Positions 1-6,415 of a stretch of DNA of 16,258 nucleotides are shown here, piece by piece (within the stretch, counting starts at the first letter, position 1; each line of letters opens with the position of its first letter). The notes under the pieces are model-generated. The model was given only the letters and a program-made list of their open reading frames with translations. It did no database searches and was not told where the DNA came from. A program made the translations under genes and the position numbers. Location: positions 1 to 16,258 of IMG/VR virus record IMGVR_UViG_3300011772_000022, one strand, 5' to 3'. The DNA is from a virus (taxonomy: Duplodnaviria; Heunggongvirae; Uroviricota; Caudoviricetes).

Positions 1-223
1 AATTGTCCTCTTCCCATCGTCCTAAGGAAAGTGTGGAGTCCAGAATGACATGTTTATCGTCCATAAATTCCGTTGTACGGTGGATTGCATCAATTTCTTG
101 CTGCTGATATCGATGTCCAAGGCTTGCATAAACAAGTTTTGGGTTACAGTCGAATGTATCTCGTAAGTAGAAGTAAGCAATATATGAATCTAGTCCACCT
201 GAGTAAAGTAAAACATCAACCAT
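1..223 (-). CDS. queC: 7-cyano-7-deazaguanine (preQ0) synthase QueC-like PP-loop ATPase, 5' part only (runs off the left edge; not in ORF track)
   Basis: Manual translation from ATG at 223: MVDVLLYSGGLDSYIAYFYLRDTFDCNPKLVYASLGHRYQQQEIDAIHRTTEFMDDKHVILDSTLSLGRWEEDN..., open to position 1. PP-loop SGGLDS at the N-terminus; RBS-like GTAGGTGA upstream; overlaps the stop of 216..881; same cluster as queD and queE. Confidence 0.8.
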   Translation of the reverse strand, partial: MVDVLLYSGGLDSYIAYFYLRDTFDCNPKLVYASLGHRYQQQEIDAIHRTTEFMDDKHVILDSTLSLGRWEEDN

Positions 224-881
224 TCTGTTCACCTACCCAAGTATCCGGAACATCTGCTAAAATCTCTCGCACGTCTTCAATTCCACTCGGGAATCTAACT
301 GGATTGTTTGATGATAATGCTTCCCGTGACAGTTGACGAACCGCTTCTGTCAGGACACGTTTTTCATTATGTTGCTCATTAATCGTATCTTGATAAGATT
401 TGATATCATCTTCCGCTACCGCCCATCGACGTTTTAGATACGTAAGAGTCTCCTGCATTCCAGAAACAACGTCAACTGCTTCCTTATATTTGGATTCATA
501 ATGGTCTTTTAGATTCGACATCTTCGTTAGGTCCATATCTAGCTTACCCTTAGCCGTTTCAAGCGCAACCGCTTTGGCTTCTAAGTCCATGAAATGACCA
601 TGTAGCTTCTGGTATTCTGATTGAGCCTCTTCCTTTTCTCGTTTCTCCTTGTTCGTACTGCGTATAAATTCATCTACATCAGCATATAGCTTCTGATATT
701 CTGCTTGAGACGCCTCTTTTTCTTTCTTTTCCTTATTGTAGTCAGCTTCCCACTCATCGATATGTTGGTGTGCTTCCTCTAATGATGCCATAAGTTGAAC
801 ACATAACTGTTCAGGTGTCATATTCGAATACGCCAATCGTTTACGCATTTCCTGATAATATTTATTTTCGCTATTACTCAT
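216..881 (-). CDS. Hypothetical long coiled-coil protein (221 aa)
   Basis: E/K/Q-rich heptad pattern. Start reassigned from 914 to ATG 881, which has AAGGAGGAG at 888-896. Confidence 0.8.
   Translation of the reverse strand: MSNSENKYYQEMRKRLAYSNMTPEQLCVQLMASLEEAHQHIDEWEADYNKEKKEKEASQAEYQKLYADVDEFIRSTNKEKREKEEAQSEYQKLHGHFMDLEAKAVALETAKGKLDMDLTKMSNLKDHYESKYKEAVDVVSGMQETLTYLKRRWAVAEDDIKSYQDTINEQHNEKRVLTEAVRQLSREALSSNNPVRFPSGIEDVREILADVPDTWVGEQNG
603..737 (-). repeat. Imperfect internal duplication, 84-nt (28-aa) period
   Basis: 603-653 versus 687-737 on the plus strand (tagcttctgRtattctg.ttgag...), encoding NKEKREKEEAQSEYQKLH and NKEKKEKEASQAEYQKLY. Confidence 0.8.
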
Positions 882-905
882 CTTTGTCTCCTCCTTTGTT
901 ATAGG

Positions 906-932
906 AAAAGGCAACCGAATCGATTGCCTTTT
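906..932 (-). terminator. Probable intrinsic terminator (short U-tract, possibly leaky)
   Basis: Minus strand reads AAAAGGCAATCG-ATT-CGGTTGCCTTTT directly after the stop at 939. Confidence 0.65.
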
Positions 933-938
933 AGAATA

Positions 939-1172
939 TTATTTTAAGTCGCCTACATGTGATTCAGTGCCTACGATACCTTTTAAAGCATCTTTGGTAA
1001 TCTTCAGGTTCTTTTCAAGCAATTCACGTTGTTCTGCCATACCTTCTAATTCCATTTCAATTCGTTTTACACGTTCTTCTAATTGTGCACGGTCTACTGT
1101 TTCCTCTAAAACACGAGTTACCGTGAAGTGTGTTTTCTCTTTGTTTGGGCGAATGCTTACGTTGTCTCTCAT
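939..1172 (-). CDS. Hypothetical small coiled-coil protein (77 aa)
   Basis: AAGGAGGA RBS at about 1181-1188; TAATG stop/start overlap with the upstream gene. Confidence 0.8.
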   Translation of the reverse strand: MRDNVSIRPNKEKTHFTVTRVLEETVDRAQLEERVKRIEMELEGMAEQRELLEKNLKITKDALKGIVGTESHVGDLK

Positions 1173-1507
1173 TATTGTTGTCCTCCTTGTAATTGACTCA
1201 TCATTTTTTGTGCCATTGCAGCCTGAACTTCTTTTACGATTTCTTCACGCTCAAAGCGTTTACCAGTGTCTTGCATTAATTTTGACATTGCAGCAGCGTT
1301 TAACTCTTGCGCCACTTTCTCTGGGAATACTTCTTTTGCATCAATTACCTTGATGTCTTGTCCATTCAGACCGACTAATACAAATGCACCTAGTAATGCT
1401 TCGTATTGCGGTTCTCCTTCTTGTGGAGCATCATTTGCAGGTTCGTTTGGTCCTGTTGGGTCTTGCACCTTTGTTTCCTCTTGTTTTAAATCTTTTTCTT
1501 CTGCCAT
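1172..1507 (-). CDS. Hypothetical protein with acidic, Pro-rich N-terminus (111 aa)
   Basis: Start reassigned from 1675 to ATG 1507; AAGGAGGA overlaps the queE stop codon. Confidence 0.8.
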   Translation of the reverse strand: MAEEKDLKQEETKVQDPTGPNEPANDAPQEGEPQYEALLGAFVLVGLNGQDIKVIDAKEVFPEKVAQELNAAAMSKLMQDTGKRFEREEIVKEVQAAMAQKMMSQLQGGQQ

Positions 1508-1520
1508 TGTTGTTTCCTCC

Positions 1521-2264
1521 TTAACGAATTCCGTATAATTTGTGTACCTGTGGGATGAATCGAATGTCGTAATGACGTTCATCCATATAATGATGAGCAA
1601 AAGCCGTTCTGATAATGTCCGGCAGCTCTGTATAATTGTTAGCTGATTCTTCAGGTTGGAAGATGATTGGAACATACCTTGCTCCTTCTCCCGCCTTTTT
1701 GATTAATCCCGCAACCTCAACTGCATCCTCGATATGAGAGATGACAAATTTTAGTTGTAGAACACCTATTGGCATTCGATTAATCCATTTCGTCAGCATG
1801 TTCGGATTATAAGCAGGATTTCCTGAGCTTTTTAGTTTAGGAGATACCGAGAATAGCTTCACTTCGTTTTTAAGCTCTCGTCTAGGTATGATAGTACCAT
1901 TCGTTTCAAAGGTCACACCGTCGATTACCGTTCTGCGACGAAGCCTATCAAGTAATACTGCTAAGTCGGTATGATTATGCAACAGTGGTTCCCCACCAGT
2001 GATAACCAAGTCTTTAATCCGATGCTCTTCCGCTAATAACTTAATTTTTGCTTCTAGTAAGGCTAATGACATCGATGTATAAATCCCTTCGTGATACAGG
2101 TTTTCATCCCAAGAATGAGCCGTATCACACCAGACACAAGCAAGATTGCATCCGTATAAGCGAAGGAAGATTGTTTTACGTCCTATATCAGAGCCTTCTC
2201 CCTGAATTGTAGGAAATAGCTCCATGACTCTAAAAGGTTCGCCTGATTTATGTGGTTGTTTCAT
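1521..2264 (-). CDS. queE: 7-carboxy-7-deazaguanine synthase QueE (radical SAM)
   Basis: ELFPTIQGEG, CNLACVWC (CxxxCxxC), ITGGEP, ETNGT, SVSPK and C-terminal PQVHK motifs. Start reassigned to ATG 2264 (ATGA overlap, GAAGGTG RBS). Confidence 0.92.
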   Translation of the reverse strand: MKQPHKSGEPFRVMELFPTIQGEGSDIGRKTIFLRLYGCNLACVWCDTAHSWDENLYHEGIYTSMSLALLEAKIKLLAEEHRIKDLVITGGEPLLHNHTDLAVLLDRLRRRTVIDGVTFETNGTIIPRRELKNEVKLFSVSPKLKSSGNPAYNPNMLTKWINRMPIGVLQLKFVISHIEDAVEVAGLIKKAGEGARYVPIIFQPEESANNYTELPDIIRTAFAHHYMDERHYDIRFIPQVHKLYGIR

Positions 2265-2443
2265 CTTTTGCACCTTCTTTTTCTTTCTTCCCATGAGTAA
2301 ATGATTACGATTATGAAGAAGAAAATCATTGTTGGTAACCAGAGTATGTGCATAATAACTTTCATTGGTAACCCCCAAGAGTCAGGTTGGGAAAAGAAGA
2401 ACCCGACTCCAAGGTATACAAGAGCTATTATGACCCACATCAT
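2261..2443 (-). CDS. Small two-transmembrane-helix protein with basic C-terminus
   Basis: Two hydrophobic stretches followed by ERKRRCKR; ATGA-coupled to both neighbours. Confidence 0.7.
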   Translation of the reverse strand: MMWVIIALVYLGVGFFFSQPDSWGLPMKVIMHILWLPTMIFFFIIVIIYSWEERKRRCKR

Positions 2444-2859
2444 TTCTCTTCTTGCTCTTCCTTAATGGCATTTACTTCAGCCATTGGTGGGACTGTGCAA
2501 TGTACTTCATCTACTTCCAGTAGGTTAATTGGCTTTCTCACAATCTCATTTGCAGCAATATCCTCTGCTAACAAGATTGCTAGGAAGGCAAGTTCATTGA
2601 TTTGGTCCATAGCCTGCTCGAACATTTCAAATTTGTCGCCCGCTTCGTCGAGAGAACGAAGTCGTTTAGCTTTTACAAGATTACGGTCTACGAATGTAGA
2701 GTAACGGTAATCTCTCCAAGCATCCTTGTATTTACCATTACGGTCGAGAAAAATACTTTCCGCAGCAGCTAATACGATGTCCCGCTTTGTTTTTGTGTCT
2801 TCACCATTTGCGATTGATACTCCTAGTGTTGCCACCTGATTTTTCGTAAATGAATCCAT
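2440..2859 (-). CDS. DUF1599 / nucleotide-modification-associated domain 1 (Nmad1)-like all-alpha protein
   Basis: IFLDRNGKYKDAWR...STFVDRNLVKAKRLRSL...DQINELAFLAI resembles my recollection of the DUF1599 pattern (F.KK..DYG.AWR...S..D.I.IKA.R.R.L...E...IINY..MALI). RBS AAGGAGG. Not HMM-verified. Confidence 0.6.
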   Translation of the reverse strand: MDSFTKNQVATLGVSIANGEDTKTKRDIVLAAAESIFLDRNGKYKDAWRDYRYSTFVDRNLVKAKRLRSLDEAGDKFEMFEQAMDQINELAFLAILLAEDIAANEIVRKPINLLEVDEVHCTVPPMAEVNAIKEEQEEK

Positions 2860-2875
2860 TGTCTAATTCCTCCTT

Positions 2876-3502
2876 CTAATCTATGTTTACAAGAATTACT
2901 GCCGACCCTTTAACCTGAAAATCTCTTCCATCAACGGAAACCCATGCATGTTTTTCATTAGGAACCCAATATGTAGAAATTCCTTCTCGACGTTTTAGTT
3001 CCTCTGTTAAGTCAGCCGTTGAGTAAAGTGATAAAGGGTTGTCCACCTTTGCAGCAGGAAGACTCTTTTGATGAATCTCCGCATAACAAGTCGGAGTTTC
3101 ATAGAGTCTAACGAATTCAAGTAGGACGTTTTTCGGAAGATGTTTTTCCATCTCCTTATAAATCCAGTATACCAAGTTCTCAGCACTGGTGTTCATGTTA
3201 GGTAAACTTTCGTTTAAGTATCTGTGGTCCAATCTTGGCTCTAAATGTTCTTTCCATATCTTCTTAATGTCCCCGAAGTCAATTACGATTCCAATTGGGT
3301 TCGGGATACCCACCACACCGAATTGTACTCTGTAAAGGTGTCCATGCATGTTCTTACATTTACCCTCGTATGCATGAAGATGGTGGGCTGCATCGAATGT
3401 GAATTCTTTTACTACTAATGTAGGAACCACATGATATCGTAGTTCGTCTGGTTGAATATCCTCTCCATAAACCTGTGCTTTGTCTGGTACTTTGTAATCC
3501 AT
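2876..3502 (-). CDS. queD: 6-carboxy-5,6,7,8-tetrahydropterin synthase QueD with extra ~50-aa C-terminal domain
   Basis: KEFTFDAAHHL, CKNMHGH, IDFGDIK, LDHRYLN, SAENL and ETPTCYAE motifs; the ORF continues about 64 aa beyond the normal QueD end. Confidence 0.92.
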   Translation of the reverse strand: MDYKVPDKAQVYGEDIQPDELRYHVVPTLVVKEFTFDAAHHLHAYEGKCKNMHGHLYRVQFGVVGIPNPIGIVIDFGDIKKIWKEHLEPRLDHRYLNESLPNMNTSAENLVYWIYKEMEKHLPKNVLLEFVRLYETPTCYAEIHQKSLPAAKVDNPLSLYSTADLTEELKRREGISTYWVPNEKHAWVSVDGRDFQVKGSAVILVNID

Positions 3503-3521
3503 TCTCTTCAGCCCCTTTTAA

Positions 3522-3791
3522 TTAGTTCACACGGATTTTAAATAAAATGCTTGTGCGGTCTTCCCCACTAATCTTTGTATCTTCAAAGCCCGGTACTAAC
3601 ACAAGGTCTTTTCCGGCAGGTGCCACAAATCCTCGTGCGATTGCAGTTGCTTTAACAGTCTGGTTAACTGCGCCTGCTCCAATAGCAGTCAGCTCAACTG
3701 TGTAACCTTCTTCGATGTTCTTCGCAATAGCTCCCGCTACAGAAGATGGATTGCTTGTAGATTTTACTTTTAGACGTTTGATTTCGCTCAT
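3522..3791 (-). CDS. spoVS: Stage V sporulation protein S homologue
   Basis: SNPSSVAGAIA, AIGAGAVNQTVKATAIARGFVAPAG and GEDRT closely match SpoVS along its full ~89 aa. Confidence 0.95.
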   Translation of the reverse strand: MSEIKRLKVKSTSNPSSVAGAIAKNIEEGYTVELTAIGAGAVNQTVKATAIARGFVAPAGKDLVLVPGFEDTKISGEDRTSILFKIRVN

Positions 3792-4393
3792 TTTGATTTC
3801 CCCTTTTTCTTTGGTTTTTTAAGTTTTATTTTCAATACCGTTGCCACCGCTTCTTTTTGGTGGTCTGGTAGAGATTCAATATCGAGTTCCCCTTGCTTTA
3901 CTTTCCAGACAGTCTCACAAAGGAGAGCCATACAGAAAGCATCACATTGGTCATTCTGTGCTAAAATGAAGTTCGTTCCATATCGGGCATTTACTTCTTC
4001 AACAACCCAAACCTTTTTCCATGATGTTTTTGCTCTACCTTCTGGTACAGGTGGTGTGTCTCCACGTCCACAAGCAAATTTCTTTACTGTCTTAGGTGAT
4101 GGTTTGAAGTATGGAATACCTAGTTGGTGTAGCTTATAAAGCACTACGCCGTGAATTTCTGCAAGGGTTTCTCTTCCAAAAGGGGAATCATAAGCATAAT
4201 GTTCGATAGCCACGTATTGTACCTTGTTATCTTCGATAGCCGCCAGTATTGTCTCCACAATCTTGCGTACACTTACAATCCATTCATCTTCTTTAGAGGT
4301 AGTAATGGTTCCAATGGATATTGGTTTGTAGTTTTTATTGACTGATACCCCGCTTTTTCTTAGTGAAATATCAATACCCATATATGTTGCCAT
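3788..4393 (-). CDS. RuvC-like Holliday junction resolvase
   Basis: MGIDIS (catalytic Asp), VAIE, LAEIHGVV, SPKTVKKFACGRG and NDQCDA match the RuvC acidic-residue arrangement. Confidence 0.8.
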   Translation of the reverse strand: MATYMGIDISLRKSGVSVNKNYKPISIGTITTSKEDEWIVSVRKIVETILAAIEDNKVQYVAIEHYAYDSPFGRETLAEIHGVVLYKLHQLGIPYFKPSPKTVKKFACGRGDTPPVPEGRAKTSWKKVWVVEEVNARYGTNFILAQNDQCDAFCMALLCETVWKVKQGELDIESLPDHQKEAVATVLKIKLKKPKKKGKSK

Positions 4394-4406
4394 CTAATCT
4401 CTCCTA

Positions 4407-4751
4407 TTAGCCCTGAGGCTGAAGTAACTCCTCCGGATATACATTACCGGACTCCCATAGATGAATCGGGAGTACCAGTTGTATATCATGCGGTGGATGG
4501 TGGATTTCTCTCGAATAATCATTGAATCGGCGCCCAGTACAGTGATAAAACGTATTGTCATCCGTATCCTTGATTACAACGAATTTCAATCCTTTATGGA
4601 GAAGACCTTCAATTACTTTCCTTTCAATCCCCCAACCGTTTTCGTTTACAAAGAAATGTTTATTACTGCTTCTTTCAGAGTAGAAAATTCCTTCTTTGAA
4701 AGTACCAATCTGACGAAGTTTGTCGTGGTCTTTAACATATACCTTGCTCAT
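4407..4751 (-). CDS. Hypothetical phage protein (114 aa)
   Basis: ATGA-coupled, full-length ORF; KHFF..NGWGI..QLVLP pattern, function unknown. Confidence 0.8.
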   Translation of the reverse strand: MSKVYVKDHDKLRQIGTFKEGIFYSERSSNKHFFVNENGWGIERKVIEGLLHKGLKFVVIKDTDDNTFYHCTGRRFNDYSREIHHPPHDIQLVLPIHLWESGNVYPEELLQPQG

Positions 4752-5317
4752 CGTAAGTTGGTCCCACGATTTTCGAATTGTTGGAAGTTCGAACGTCTTG
4801 TAATCTCTCGTGATACGAGATTCAGGTTCTTCTCATACCCCTTTTGTAATGCTTCAGCTAAAACAAACGTCGCATGACATTGTGCATACCAGTTTTCCGC
4901 CTGAATGCATCGAGGGTCTTGTGTGACATATGCTTCTTGGAATTCTCGGTTTGGATATCGTTTCTTCGTTTCTGGGTCTGTTAGGTCGAGTTCAAGTGAG
5001 ACCTGAGCCAACGTGAAATCTCTTACCCTTTCAGCCGTGATACGGTCGATATCCATTTTAGCAACCAAGGTCCCATAGTATACTGCTAATCCAGTAACCA
5101 ATGAGTATAGTTGACCAAGTTCCTGTGGATGTAACATTGTAATATCAGCAGGCATTACGAATGCTCCGTCTCCATCCTGATTCCATAATGGGATTGGAGG
5201 CATTGCCGGGAAGCGCATCCCCTGTTGTATTAATTCTGCTTTCGCCTTTTCGGATTCGTGATATTCACCAATCTTTAGGTTTGTTTCCTCTTGTGTCTGT
5301 GCTTTAACTTCATCCAT
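4748..5317 (-). CDS. Hypothetical helical protein (189 aa); possibly a UvsY-like recombination mediator
   Basis: GAGGTG RBS; long amphipathic helices. The UvsY idea rests only on helical pattern and context. Confidence 0.75.
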   Translation of the reverse strand: MDEVKAQTQEETNLKIGEYHESEKAKAELIQQGMRFPAMPPIPLWNQDGDGAFVMPADITMLHPQELGQLYSLVTGLAVYYGTLVAKMDIDRITAERVRDFTLAQVSLELDLTDPETKKRYPNREFQEAYVTQDPRCIQAENWYAQCHATFVLAEALQKGYEKNLNLVSREITRRSNFQQFENRGTNLR

Positions 5318-5318
5318 G

Positions 5319-6254
5319 TCATTTCACCTCGTCTAAGTTTTGTCTACCATCTACTTCAGCAAGCGTTAAATTATCTTTCGAGTAACATAGTGTTCTCCAA
5401 GGACAGTATTTACACTCAGCAGATTTCTTGTCATTAACAATACGTTCTGGTAGATTACCTGAATCGACAATTGCTTCCGTCGTATCCAGTTTAATGAATT
5501 GTTTATCTAAAAACGGTTGGAATAATGAGATGTTATAGTTTTTCATTTCCTGATTGTTCTTGTTTCCATAATGGAAGATACCACCGGGAATTTGTAAACC
5601 ATACATATAAATATTCGCCTGATACAGATGCTTGTCGAGAGGTTGATTCAATTTCTCGAAGTAATCTCTCGTCGCTTTCATCTCTTCAGTCCAGTTAGGT
5701 TCAGCCGCTTTAATTGTTTTGATTTCTATTACTCTCATTCCAGTAGGTGCAGTGTTATCCACTACAACACCATCGGCGTGACCTGCAATTGGTTTTCGGT
5801 CTCCTCGTAAGATTCGGACCGGAACCTCTTCATATTTGAGATTTTCCCAGATATAAAGTTTCACGTCACAATTTGGGCATCGTCTCGGTGAAGCGTTAAC
5901 CATGTCGAACCATTTATGTTCACATCGTTGACATTTCCATTTCCCGAGCAGCTTTCCCATATCCCAATAGTACCCTTGAATTTGATAACCGAAGTGATGT
6001 CCTACATCGAACAATCTACGAAGTTGCGCTCGTATCTTTTCATCGTTCGACTTTGGAGTTTTGACATGACTAAAAGCCAATCTTCGAAGACAATCCGTGG
6101 TGGATATCTCAGATGGGTGCCACACATTCTTCTCCCTATCATTCTCTTGGTCTAGGAATGGTTTCCCCTGCAATTTTAGTAGGTACCTATCCATTTCATG
6201 CCCTAGATTCTGATTGGGACTTTTTAACGTTTTCAGTAAGTCTCCTAACGCCAT
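5319..6254 (-). CDS. Solo Cas4-like PD-(D/E)XK exonuclease with Fe-S cysteines and an inserted CxxC-CxxC motif
   Basis: HPSE..C55, GHAD161G, E177IK, QANIY and C-terminal CKYCPWRTLC (1+3 Cys of the Cas4/AddB type). Confidence 0.85.
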   Translation of the reverse strand: MALGDLLKTLKSPNQNLGHEMDRYLLKLQGKPFLDQENDREKNVWHPSEISTTDCLRRLAFSHVKTPKSNDEKIRAQLRRLFDVGHHFGYQIQGYYWDMGKLLGKWKCQRCEHKWFDMVNASPRRCPNCDVKLYIWENLKYEEVPVRILRGDRKPIAGHADGVVVDNTAPTGMRVIEIKTIKAAEPNWTEEMKATRDYFEKLNQPLDKHLYQANIYMYGLQIPGGIFHYGNKNNQEMKNYNISLFQPFLDKQFIKLDTTEAIVDSGNLPERIVNDKKSAECKYCPWRTLCYSKDNLTLAEVDGRQNLDEVK

Positions 6255-6291
6255 TTTTCTCCCGCCCTTTCTGCTATGTCTATTTAATAAG

Positions 6292-6349
6292 AGTGGGGGT
6301 CGGTGGAACCCCCGGTAGAGGACGTTATATAGGCAGTATAACTCCCACT
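6292..6349 (-). other. Structured, GC-rich 5' leader element (candidate cis-regulatory RNA)
   Basis: Pairings AGTGGG/CCCACT, GTTATA/TATAAC and CGG/CCG, plus a competing GGGGGT/ACCCCC hairpin, between the promoter and the ATG at 6254. Confidence 0.5.
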
Positions 6350-6358
6350 GATATACCT

Positions 6359-6388
6359 ATTATAACAGATATAATACCATCGTGACAA
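6359..6388 (-). promoter_or_regulatory. SigmaA-type promoter for the Cas4-like...que operon
   Basis: TTGTCA (6388-6383), 18-nt spacer, extended -10 TG-T-TATAAT (6364-6359). Confidence 0.75.
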
Positions 6389-6415
6389 TTTGTTTCTCAC
6401 TATTCAGGTAATTAT

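Noticed and set aside
1508-1675. Extended N-termini given by the track (starts at 914, 1675, 2378, 9003, 9220, 13291)
   Set aside because: They overlap upstream genes or hairpins; downstream starts have strong RBSs or ATGA/TAATG coupling.
6255-6358. Pistol ribozyme (UUAAAUAG present), preQ1-I, fluoride or ZTP riboswitch
   Set aside because: The remaining conserved nucleotides and pseudoknot pairings of those classes are not present.
6348-6375. Plus-strand antisense promoter (CTGATA-16-TATAAT)
   Set aside because: Weak -35 and short spacer; TATAAT arises easily in this AT-rich promoter region.
5319-6415. CRISPR-Cas locus suggested by the Cas4-like gene
   Set aside because: No repeat-spacer array and no cas1 or cas2 in the window.
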